A program made the position numbers and the translations under genes. The notes below the pieces were generated by a model. It did not search any database. It saw only the letters and a program-made list of their open reading frames with translations, and was not told the DNA's origin. DNA of 64,000 nt. Source: Deinococcus grandis (lineage in GTDB: Bacteria; Deinococcota; Deinococci; Deinococcales; Deinococcaceae). Every line of letters starts with the position of its first letter. Positions within the stretch are counted from its first letter, which is position 1. This document shows positions 46,130 to 56,800 of the stretch, piece after piece. The stretch spans positions 88,426-152,425 of the forward strand of contig NZ_BCMS01000002.1 of NCBI RefSeq assembly GCF_001485435.1, in the 5' to 3' direction.

Positions 46130-47097
46130 TCGAACCTCACGCGCGGGTCGGCCCAGGCCAGGGCCAGGTCGCTCAGGAGGTTGCCGATCAGGAGCAGCAG
46201 GGCGCTGAACATCAGCAGGGTCATGGCCACGAACTGGTCCTTGTTCAGCAGGGCGTCGTACAGGTACGGGCCGATGGTCGGGAGGTTCAGGACGATGCTG
46301 GCGATGATCGTGCCACTGATCAGGCTGGGCAGGCTCAGGCCCGCGAGGCTGATCAGGGGGTTCACGGCGTTGCGGACCGCGTGCCCCCACAGGACCCGCC
46401 GGCCGCCAGCGCCCTTGGCGCGCGCGGTGCGGATGAAGTCCTGCGACAGGACGTCCAGCATGGAGGCGCGCATCTGCCGCATCAGGCCCGCCACGCCTTC
46501 CAGGCCGATGGCGATCATGGGAATCCACAGGTGCGCGAGCAGATCCAGCACGCGGGCGACACTCCAGGGCGCGTCGATCATGTCCGGGCTGAACAGGCCG
46601 CCCACGTTCGTGCCGCCCAGGGCGAGCACCAGCGCGATCAGGAGCAGCGCCACCAGGAAGTCCGGCGTGGCGAGGCTCAGGTACCCCAGGAAGTTCAGGG
46701 CGGCGCTGCGTTTGCGGTGGCGGTGCAGCGCGGTGTAGATACCTAGCGGGACCGCCACCACCCAGGAGACCAACAGGGTCAGCACGGCCAGGAAGACCGT
46801 CCAGCCCAGCCGTTCCCAGATCAGGCTGCTCACGGGGCGGCTGTTGGCGAACGAGTACCCGAAGTCACCGTGGAGCACGATGCCCTTCACCCAGTTCAGG
46901 TACTGCATCCAGACCGGCTGATCCAGGCCCAGCTGCCGGGTCATGGCCTGCAGGGCCTCGGGAGTCACGCGCGGATCCTCGCGGTACTGGTCGAGGAAAC
47001 TGCCGGGTTGCAGCTGGATGACCGCGAAACACACCACGCTGATGAGCAGCAGCGTGGGAATCATGCCCAGCACGCGGCGGACGGTGTACGTCAGCAT
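46126..47097 (-). CDS. ABC transporter permease, DppB/OppB-type
   Basis: MLTYTVRRVLGMIPTLLLISVVCFAVIQL and an EAA motif region. 323 aa. Confidence 0.85.
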   Translation of the reverse strand: MLTYTVRRVLGMIPTLLLISVVCFAVIQLQPGSFLDQYREDPRVTPEALQAMTRQLGLDQPVWMQYLNWVKGIVLHGDFGYSFANSRPVSSLIWERLGWTVFLAVLTLLVSWVVAVPLGIYTALHRHRKRSAALNFLGYLSLATPDFLVALLLIALVLALGGTNVGGLFSPDMIDAPWSVARVLDLLAHLWIPMIAIGLEGVAGLMRQMRASMLDVLSQDFIRTARAKGAGGRRVLWGHAVRNAVNPLISLAGLSLPSLISGTIIASIVLNLPTIGPYLYDALLNKDQFVAMTLLMFSALLLLIGNLLSDLALAWADPRVRFE

Positions 47098-47224
47098 TGC
47101 GGGGGAGTGGGGAGTGGGATGTGGGGAGTGGGTCGCATGGAAACCTCCGGGAATTCAAAGCGAGGGGGTGGGTGCAGGTCTGGCCACTCACGGCCGGTCA
47201 CCCGCACGCCACCCCCCACACCCT

Positions 47225-48976
<1,752 letters not shown>

Positions 48977-49045
48977 AGGGAACCTCCGGGGGGCGGGGGT
49001 GGGCGCGTGGACATTGATTCCCGACAGCCTAAGACCAGTTGGCCG

Positions 49046-49095
49046 CCACTTGCAACCCTCTTGCAAAGTGGCATGGCAGTGGTACGCTGCGGGGG
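49046..49095 (+). promoter_or_regulatory. Promoter/operator of the GntR regulator gene
   Basis: Inverted repeat CCACTTGCAA-N5-TTGCAAAGTGG at 49046-49071 overlaps the -35. The leaderless promoter is TTGCAA-16-TACGCT-7-ATG, with TTGCAA at 49061-49066, TACGCT at 49083-49088 and ATG at 49096. Confidence 0.45.
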
Positions 49096-49869
49096 ATGCC
49101 GCCCACGTCCGTCCACTGGACCATCCCGCTCGACAGCGCCAGCGCCACACCCGTCTACGTGCAGGTGGCACAGGGCCTCACGCAGCGCATCGAGAGCGGC
49201 CAGCTGCGCCCCGGCAGCGCCCTGCCGGCCGAACGCGACCTCGCCGCGCACCTGGGCGTCTCGCGCGTCACCGTGCGGCAGGCACTCGGGCTGCTCGCGC
49301 AGCAGGGGCTGCTCACGCGGCGGCACGGCAGCGGCACCTTCGTCACGCCGCCGCCCCGCCCCGGCGACCTCCCGGCCCGCACGCTGGGCCTCCTGTCCTC
49401 GTTCTCCGAGGACGTCCGCTCGCGCGGGCAGCGGCCCGGGGCCCGCATCCTGAACTTCGAACGGACCCGCCCCACCGCGCAGGAAGCCATGAGTCTGGCC
49501 CTGTCCCCCAGCGAGGCCGTGTACCGCATCCGTCGCGTCCGCACCGCCGACGGGGAACCGCTGGCGGTCGAGGACTCCACCCTGCCCGCCGCGCTGGTCG
49601 GCCCGCTCAGCGAGGCCGACGTGCACGACGCCAGCCTGTACGCCCTGCTCGCCGCGCGCGGCCTGAGCCCGGCGCGCGCCATCCGCCACCTGCGCGCCGT
49701 GAACGCCGACCTGACGCTGGCGCCGCTGCTGAACGTCACGGTGGGCGCCGCCCTGCTGACCACCGACCGCGTCTCCTGGCTGCAGGGAGGCCGCCCCATC
49801 GAGTACGCCCGCGCCCACTACCGCGGCGACCGCTACGACTTCGTGATGGAACTCCAGGGCGGCGCGTGA
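49096..49869 (+). CDS. GntR/HutC-family transcriptional regulator (UTRA effector domain)
   Basis: [41 protein letters not shown] is the GntR HTH, followed by a UTRA-like C-terminus. Confidence 0.8.
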   Translation: MPPTSVHWTIPLDSASATPVYVQVAQGLTQRIESGQLRPGSALPAERDLAAHLGVSRVTVRQALGLLAQQGLLTRRHGSGTFVTPPPRPGDLPARTLGLLSSFSEDVRSRGQRPGARILNFERTRPTAQEAMSLALSPSEAVYRIRRVRTADGEPLAVEDSTLPAALVGPLSEADVHDASLYALLAARGLSPARAIRHLRAVNADLTLAPLLNVTVGAALLTTDRVSWLQGGRPIEYARAHYRGDRYDFVMELQGGA

Positions 49870-51032
49870 CCGCCCCGCGCGTGCTGGGCCTGATGAGCGG
49901 CACCAGCGCCGACGGCATCGACGCGGCCCTGCTGGAACTGCCCGGCTGGCCGGCGCTGGGCGGGGGCGCGCCCCTGAAGCTGCCCGGCGGCGCGCCCCGC
50001 GGCCGGGTGGTGGCGCACACCTTCACGCCGTACCCGCCGGACCTGCGCGCCGCCGTGCTGCGCGCCATGCGGGACGAGGGCACGCCGGGCGAACTGACCC
50101 AGCTGCACTGGGCACTGGGTGAGGCCTTCGCGCAGGCGGCCGCGCCGCTGGCCCGCGACGCCGACCTGATCGCCAGTCACGGCCAGACCGTACAGCACCA
50201 CCCCCGGCCGGACGCGGCGCGCGGCTGGCACCGCCCCGCCACGCTGCAACTGGGCGAGGCGGCCCTGATCGCGCAGGCCACCGGCCGGGCGGTCGTGAGC
50301 GACTTCCGCCCGGCCGACCTGGCCGCCGGGGGGGTGGGGGCGCCGCTGGTGCCGTTCGCGGACTGGGCGCTGTTCTCGCAGCCCGGCGTGACCCGGCTGC
50401 TGCTGAACCTGGGCGGGATCGCCAACCTGACCCTGCTGCCCGGCACCGATCCGGCGCGCGTGCAGGCCTTCGACACCGGCCCCGCCAACTGCCTGCTGGA
50501 CGAGATCGCCGCCCGGGCGGGCCTCCCCTGCGACGAGGGCGGCGCGCTGGCCCGCGCGGGCCAGGTGCATGAACCCACCCTGCGCGCGTGGCTGGCCCAC
50601 CCGGAACTCACCGCGCCCCCACCGAAAGCCACCGGGCGGGAGGTCTGGACGCTGCCGCGCCTGCCCGCCCCCGCCCCCCTGAGCACCGAGGATCTCGCCG
50701 CCACCGCCACCGAGTTCACGGCCCGGACGGTCACCGCCGCACTGCGCTGGCTGCCCGCCGCCCCGCATGAGGTGATCGTGGCGGGCGGCGGGGCGCGGAA
50801 CCCGGCGCTGCGCGCGGCTCTGACGCGCACCCTGGCCCCGGCCCCGCTGATCACGTTCGCGGACCTGGGCTGGGACGCCCGGGGCTTCACCGACGCCACC
50901 CGCGAGGCGGCCGCCTTCGCGTTCCTGGGCTACGCGCACGCGCAGGGCTGGCCCAGCACCCTCCCCCACACGACCGGAGCGGCGCACGCCGCCCGCACCG
51001 GCAAGTGGAGCCCTGCTCCCGGAGCGTCATGA
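49866..51032 (+). CDS. anmK: Anhydro-N-acetylmuramic acid kinase
   Basis: [18 protein letters not shown] is the AnmK N-terminal motif. 388 aa. The GTG start overlaps the regulator stop (GTGA). Confidence 0.8.
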   Translation: MTAPRVLGLMSGTSADGIDAALLELPGWPALGGGAPLKLPGGAPRGRVVAHTFTPYPPDLRAAVLRAMRDEGTPGELTQLHWALGEAFAQAAAPLARDADLIASHGQTVQHHPRPDAARGWHRPATLQLGEAALIAQATGRAVVSDFRPADLAAGGVGAPLVPFADWALFSQPGVTRLLLNLGGIANLTLLPGTDPARVQAFDTGPANCLLDEIAARAGLPCDEGGALARAGQVHEPTLRAWLAHPELTAPPPKATGREVWTLPRLPAPAPLSTEDLAATATEFTARTVTAALRWLPAAPHEVIVAGGGARNPALRAALTRTLAPAPLITFADLGWDARGFTDATREAAAFAFLGYAHAQGWPSTLPHTTGAAHAARTGKWSPAPGAS

Positions 51033-51988
51033 CGCACCCGACGAACCCCGATGCCCGCCTGCCCAATCCCGGCCTGCCCGATCCTCACCTGCCCGGTCCC
51101 GCCAGCCTGCGGACCGAGGCCGTGAATGCCGCCCACCCGGACCTGGACCAGCTGGGCACCGCCGACCTCGTGCAGGCGCTGCTGGACGACCAGCGGCACG
51201 CCGTGGACGCCGCCCGCCGCGCCGGTCCGGCCCTGGGATCGGCCGCCGACGCCGCGCTGCCCCGGCTGCGCCGCGGGGGACGACTGCTGTACGCCGGGGC
51301 GGGCACCAGCGGCCGCCTGGGTGTCCTGGACGCCACCGAACTGACTCCCACCTTCTCCTGGCCGCCCGCGCGGGCCGTGCCGCTGATCGCCGGGGGTGAG
51401 CGCGCCATCCGCGAGGCGGTCGAGGGCGCCGAGGACGACCGCGAGGACGGGTACGCCGCCCTGCGGGGAGTCGGGGCGGGGCCGGACGACGTGCTGATCG
51501 CCGTGGCGGCCAGCGGCACCACGCCCTGGGTGCTGGGCGCCATGCAGGCCGCGCGGGAGTCCGGCACGCTCGTGATCGGCCTGGCGAACAACGCGGGCAC
51601 ACCCGTCCTGACCGGGGCCGACTGCGCGGTGCTGCTCGACACGGGACCGGAGATCATCAGCGGCTCGACCCGCCTGAAGGCCGGAACCGCGCAGAAGATC
51701 GCCCTGAATGCCCTCTCGAGCGCGCTGATGGTGCGGCTGGGCAAGGTGTACGGCAACCTGATGGTGGACCTGAAGGCCACGAACGCCAAGCTGGAGGCCC
51801 GCGCCGTGCGGCTGGTGCAGCACGCCACCGGCTGCGAGGAGCCCCGGGCCCGCGCCGCGCTGGTCGAGGCCGGTGGGCAGGTGAAGACCGCCATCGTCGC
51901 GCTGCGCCTGGGCATTCCCGCCGACGAGGCCCGCGCCCGCCTGGACGCCGCGGGTGGGCAGGCCCGCGCCGCCCTGGACGCCCGGTGA
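51029..51988 (+). CDS. murQ: N-acetylmuramic acid 6-phosphate etherase
   Basis: SIS domain with [13 protein letters not shown] and [19 protein letters not shown] overlap with anmK. Confidence 0.85.
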   Translation: MTHPTNPDARLPNPGLPDPHLPGPASLRTEAVNAAHPDLDQLGTADLVQALLDDQRHAVDAARRAGPALGSAADAALPRLRRGGRLLYAGAGTSGRLGVLDATELTPTFSWPPARAVPLIAGGERAIREAVEGAEDDREDGYAALRGVGAGPDDVLIAVAASGTTPWVLGAMQAARESGTLVIGLANNAGTPVLTGADCAVLLDTGPEIISGSTRLKAGTAQKIALNALSSALMVRLGKVYGNLMVDLKATNAKLEARAVRLVQHATGCEEPRARAALVEAGGQVKTAIVALRLGIPADEARARLDAAGGQARAALDAR

Positions 51989-52992
51989 TCCCGGACCGCA
52001 CCGCGGCGCTGCTGCGCGCCGCCGTCGGGCCCGGCGGGCCCAGCGCGGCGGCCCTGGGGGTCGTCACGGCCAGCGGCGAGCGGGACACCCTGATCGTGGG
52101 CCACACCCGGCACGGCGGTCCGGCGCTGACCGGGGGCGAGTGGTGGGATCTGGCCAGCCTGACCAAACCGCTGTTCACCGCGCGCGAGGTGTTGCGTGCC
52201 GCCGAGGAGGGCCTGCTCGACCTGGACGATCCCCTATCGCGGCACCTGCCGGACCTGGGGTGGATGCAGGAGACGCCGCTGCGGGAGCGCACGCTGCGGC
52301 AGCTGCTCACCCACACCGCCGGGCTGCCGGCCTGGACACCGATGTACACCTGGGGCGACGCCGCGACCATCCGCGCCCGCTTCCTTCAGGAACCCTGGGC
52401 CATGACCGACCCCGGTTCCGTCCGGTACTCGGACCTGGGCTACGGCCTGCTGGGCCGCGTGCTGGAACGCGTCCGCACCTCCTCCCTGCGTGCCTTTCAC
52501 CTCGACCCCGGCCTGACCTTCACGCCGGACGCCGGGCAGACGGTATCCACGGAAGTCTGCGCGTGGCGCGAGCGGCTCCTGACCGGCGAGACCCACGACG
52601 AGAATGCCGCCGCGCTGGGCGGCGTGGCCGGGCACGCGGGCCTGTTCGGCACCCTGAACGGCACGCTGGCGCAGGCCGAGCGGCTCCTGCGTGGCGGGTG
52701 GCTGTCCCCGGCGGCTCAGCAGCTCGCCATGACGCCGCAGGTGCCGGAACGGACCCTGGCGTTCGTGCACGCCTGCCCCGGCTGGAGCGGCGGCAGCCTG
52801 TGCAGCCCGCAAGCGGCCGGGCACACGGGCTTCACCGGCACCGGCCTGTGGATCGATCCGACGCGTGGGCTGGCGTGGGTGCTGCTCACGAACCGCGTGC
52901 ACCCAACCCGCCATACCACGTTCGACATCCAGGGCCTGCGGCGCGCGGTGGGTAACACCCTGGCCGCGCAGGACACGCCCAGAGTCACGTGA
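51985..52992 (+). CDS. Serine hydrolase of the beta-lactamase / penicillin-binding-protein family (class-C-like)
   Basis: SxxK motif LASLTKPLF plus a downstream YSD/HTGFTG-type region. GTGA overlap with murQ. Its stop TGA is the first three bases of the hairpin repeat. Confidence 0.75.
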   Translation: MIPDRTAALLRAAVGPGGPSAAALGVVTASGERDTLIVGHTRHGGPALTGGEWWDLASLTKPLFTAREVLRAAEEGLLDLDDPLSRHLPDLGWMQETPLRERTLRQLLTHTAGLPAWTPMYTWGDAATIRARFLQEPWAMTDPGSVRYSDLGYGLLGRVLERVRTSSLRAFHLDPGLTFTPDAGQTVSTEVCAWRERLLTGETHDENAAALGGVAGHAGLFGTLNGTLAQAERLLRGGWLSPAAQQLAMTPQVPERTLAFVHACPGWSGGSLCSPQAAGHTGFTGTGLWIDPTRGLAWVLLTNRVHPTRHTTFDIQGLRRAVGNTLAAQDTPRVT

Positions 52993-53045
52993 TACGGACT
53001 CCGATTGAACGGACTTTGCAGCCCATTCAATCGGAGTCCGTATCA
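52990..53045. repeat. Minimal hairpin copy (F) of the MITE-like repeat: the two 23-bp terminal inverted repeats joined by a 10-nt loop
   Basis: TGATACGGACTCCGATTGAACGG-ACTTTGCAGC-CCATTCAATCGGAGTCCGTATCA, with one mismatch in the arms. It lies between convergent genes and is a likely bidirectional terminator. Confidence 0.75.
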
Positions 53046-53064
53046 GTCCCCCTGAAAACCGCTG

Positions 53065-53367
53065 TCAGGTGTACTTGAGGGCTTCCATGAGTTCCTCGAT
53101 GATCTCCTCGCTGTCGCCGCGCTGGGCGGCGGTGGCGACGTGGGCCTGCAGGTGCCCGCGCAGCACGACCTCACCCGCGCCGCTCAGGGCGCCCTGCACG
53201 GCCTTGATCTGACGCAGGACGTCCACGCAGTAGGCGTCCGGGTCGTCGAGCATCCGGATGATGCTCTCGAGGTGGCCGCGCGCGATGTTCAGTCGGCGTG
53301 CGGCGCGCTTGCGGGCGTCCTCGGGCATGCACAGGTGCTGGGGTTCGTGGCAGGCGGGCTGGGGCAT
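53065..53367 (-). CDS. csoR: CsoR/RcnR-family metal-sensing repressor
   Basis: 100 aa. RLNIARGHLESIIRML is the conserved alpha1 region. Cys/His residues at the CsoR positions (C...H...C) support the call. Confidence 0.75.
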   Translation of the reverse strand: MPQPACHEPQHLCMPEDARKRAARRLNIARGHLESIIRMLDDPDAYCVDVLRQIKAVQGALSGAGEVVLRGHLQAHVATAAQRGDSEEIIEELMEALKYT

Positions 53368-53368
53368 G

Positions 53369-53572
53369 TCAGGCGCGGACCTGCGCGGCGTAGCCTTCCT
53401 CGGTGACGGCGTGCACGAGGGCCTGCGGGTCGGCGTCGCCGGTGACGGTGGCGTGTCCGGCGGCGCGGTCGACCTGGACGGTCTGGACGCCGGGGACGTT
53501 CTGAAGTGCTTCGCGGACGGCTTTCTCGCAGTGGCCGCAGGTCATGCCGGTGACGGTCAGTTCAGTGGTCAT
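53369..53572 (-). CDS. copZ: Heavy-metal-associated copper chaperone
   Basis: MTCGHC metal-binding motif. 67 aa from the ATG at 53572 (Met13 of the ORF). 1-nt gap to csoR. Confidence 0.8.
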   Translation of the reverse strand: MTTELTVTGMTCGHCEKAVREALQNVPGVQTVQVDRAAGHATVTGDADPQALVHAVTEEGYAAQVRA

Positions 53573-53620
53573 GGCCGCATCGTAGGACCCCTGGGGGGGG
53601 GAGGTCAAGATGAGATGACG
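53573..53620 (-). promoter_or_regulatory. copZ-csoR leaderless promoter (TTGACC-18-TACGAT-6-ATG) with a C9/G4 tract (candidate CsoR operator) in the spacer
   Basis: Coding-strand sequence is CTTGACC-TCCCCCCCCCAGGGGTCC-TACGAT-GCGGCC-ATG. GC-rich pseudo-palindromic C/G runs are the known type of CsoR operator. Confidence 0.45.
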
Positions 53621-53867
53621 TCCGCTCGACTCGGTACAACATTGAACGTGTTTCAGATGGACTCGAGCCGGTGTCGCCCGGGCAGCGTGGCGACATCACC
53701 CGCCGGATCCCCCCTGGGGGGATTCGGGTTGAGTGGCCGTCTCCGTAGACTCACCCGCGACGGCCGGGCCGACCCCCCGGTTGCACGGGGACGTCGGGCC
53801 TGCCCGGCAGCGGGCCTCCGGGTACCCCCACGTCGGGGCGGCACGCCCCCTTCCGGCCTCGCGCCGT

Positions 53868-56800
53868 TCAGCGGTCCTCGCGCCGACCACCGGACGGGCC
53901 GGGGGCACTGACGGGCCGCGTCAGGTTCTGCCGCCGGCGGATGACCTCCGCGAGGTCCTGCACGGCGGCGTTCGTGGCCTGCTGCCCCTGCACGACGCTG
54001 GCCAGCGCGGTGAGCAGGGGCGTGACGACTCCGGTCAGCGGGTCGGAGTCGCCCGTAACGGGTGCGGGCGCCGGGCGGTCGCGCAGCGCGGCCAGGAGTG
54101 GGGCGAGCAGGGGTTCAAGTTGCGCGGCCAGCGGCTCGGCCGGAGCGGTGGGCGCCGCCGCCTGGGGAGCCGGAGCCGGTGCGGCTTGGGGCAGACTCAG
54201 GCGGTCCAGGCCGCCCGCGATGTCCGCGAGCTGCGCCACCATGCGCGCGCCGGTGTCTCCGTCGGCGGCGCCCATGCGGCGTTCGCGGGCGAAGTTCTCA
54301 CGGATCTGCGCCCAGCGCGCCGCCTGCTCGGGGGTCAGCGTGCCGCGCAGTTCGGCGAGTTTCAGGAGGTTCTCCTCGGCGCCGGTCGTGAGGAGCTGCG
54401 CCTCGCCGCGGTAGTGGTCGCCGATCACGCCGTCGAGTTCCGCGTCGTTCATGACGGGGCTGAGCTTCTCGGCGACCTTGTTCATGTTGCGGTAGCTGCC
54501 CTGGAGCTTGAAGGGCGGTTCGGTGCGGTCGCGGTCGGCCTGGGCGGCGCTGGTGATGTAAGCGGCGTTCACGCGGGCCAGCGTGTCGCGGGCGCGCAGC
54601 AGCAGGCGCAGCGTGGCGAGAATCTCGGTGAGTTCCGCCTCGCTGTACGGGTGCGACAGCTCGCCGGGATACTCGTGACCCTGGGCGCGGGCGACGAGTT
54701 TCGGGACGTCGCTCAGGTCCCGTCCGGCCAGCGGCGCGAGCACCGCGTTGCTGGTCAGGCTGTTCTCCACGTACGAGAGCAGGAAGGCGTCCTCCATGCC
54801 GCCGAGCACGTCACCGAGGTTGTAGACGTCGGCGCGGTTGGCGAGCATGTCGGGGATGCGGAACACCTCGCCGGTCTCGGTGTACGGGTTCCCGGCCATG
54901 ACGACCGCGAAGCGCCGCCCGCGCAGGTCGTAGGTGCGCGGCTCGCCGTTCCAGACGCCCTCGATGCGGCGGGTGCCGTCGGTCAGGGCGATGAACTTCT
55001 GCAGGAATTCCGGGTGGGTGTGCTGTATGTCGTCCACGTACAGCATGACGTTCCCGCCCATCTCCAGCGCGAGGTTGAGTTTCTCCAGTTCCTGCCGACT
55101 GGCCGCGTCCGGCGCCTGCGCCGGGTCCAGCGAGCGCACGGCGTGACCGAGGCTGGGGCCGTTCACGCGCACGAACACGAGGCCCAGGCGGTGCGCGACG
55201 TATTCCATCAGGGTGGTCTTGCCGTAGCCGGGCGGGGAGATGAGCAGCAGCAGGCCCATCAGGTCGCTGCGTTTGCCGTCCCCGGCCGCGCCGATCTGCT
55301 TGGCGAGGTTGTCCCCGATCAGGGGGAGGTACACGTCGGTGATCAGGCGGTTGCGCACGAAGGACGTCAGCGGGCGCGGCTGGAATTCCGCGAGGCGCAG
55401 CCGGGCCCGCTCGCGGGTCAGCACCGTCTGCCGCTGCGCCTGGAAGGCCTGCAGGCCGGGCAGGAACGTGCGGGCGTGCGCGGCGAGCCGCGCGAGCAGG
55501 TCGTCCGCCTGGAGGTGCAGCGTGCCGCCCTGGAGGCGCGGGTGGTCGCTCAGGAGGCCCGTGACGGTCGCGTCCAGCGTGACCGCGCGCGGCTGGGCGC
55601 GCAGGGCGTCCCCGGACAGGCGCAGGGCGACCGCCTCAGGCACGAAGCGAGCGTGGGCGTGCCACTCGGGCCGGGTGGTCAGGGCGTCCAGCCACGCGCA
55701 CGTGAGCGTCCAGGCCTGGACCGGGTCGTCCCGCAGGGCGTCCAGGCTGACGCGCAGGGCGTCGGGGTGCCCGGCGGCGCGCAGCTGCCCGTCCAGCGCG
55801 GCGTTCAGGTCGGCAGCGGCCTGCGTGAACGGGAACGCCCCGCCCACGTCCGGTGCGGCCTCAGTCAGGAACGCGGCGGCCTCCGGGATCACGGTGTCGG
55901 GAACGGGCAGCGGCACGCGGGTCAGGAAGTCACGCAGCGCGCCCTCCAGCGCCGTGCGGGCGTCCGCGAGGGCCGCGCCGCTGCCCAGCAGGGCCTGCAC
56001 CGCCCGCGCGGAGGTCAGGCGCGCCGTCCAGGTCGCGTCGGCCTGCGCCCAGAACGCGGCGCCCAGCGCGCGGGCCTCCGGCGGGGCGACGAGCGGCCCC
56101 GCGGCGTCCAGCAGCGGCAACAGCGCGTTCAGGATCAGCGCGGCGTCGTGATCGTGCACGCCCCGCTGGAACCCCTGGCGGTAGCGGGCAGCGGCGAAGG
56201 TGGCGACCAGTCCGGCCCGCGCGTCCGGCGTCAGGCCGCGCAGGGCGTCCAGGGTCAGGCCCTCCTGCCCCGCCCGCGCGGCGGCCAGGACCTCCCCGGC
56301 CAGGAATTCCGCGCGGGACAGGTCCGGGGATTCGCTCTCCACCGTCACGTCCCAGAACGCGCGGCCCGCGTCGAGCGCCGGGTCGCGCAGCGGCTCCATG
56401 AACTGCGTGCCGGTCAGGTGCAGCGCCAGGTGATCCCCGCGCGGCAGCAGCGTCAGGTCCAGCGCCTGGGTGTTCACGCTGAAGCGGTGGCGGCCCAGGC
56501 GGATCAGGGCGCCGCCGTCCCCTTCGAGGTCGGCGCGGTCGCGCAGGGTCCGCAGCGCCTGATCGCGCGCGGCCTTCAGGCGGGCCTCGATGTCCCCGGC
56601 GCGGACGCTGTCGCCCAGCTCGGTCAGTTTCAGGGTCAGGTCGCGCAGTTTCAGCACGAGCGCGTCCCCGGCGAAGAAGCCGTTCAGGGCGTCCTGATCG
56701 GTCAGGCGCGCCGCGCGCGCCGGGAGGCCTGCCAGGATGCGGTCGGCAGCGTCGGCGACGCCCTGCGCGCGGCGCTGCCGCTCGTCGAGCAGCGCCTGAC

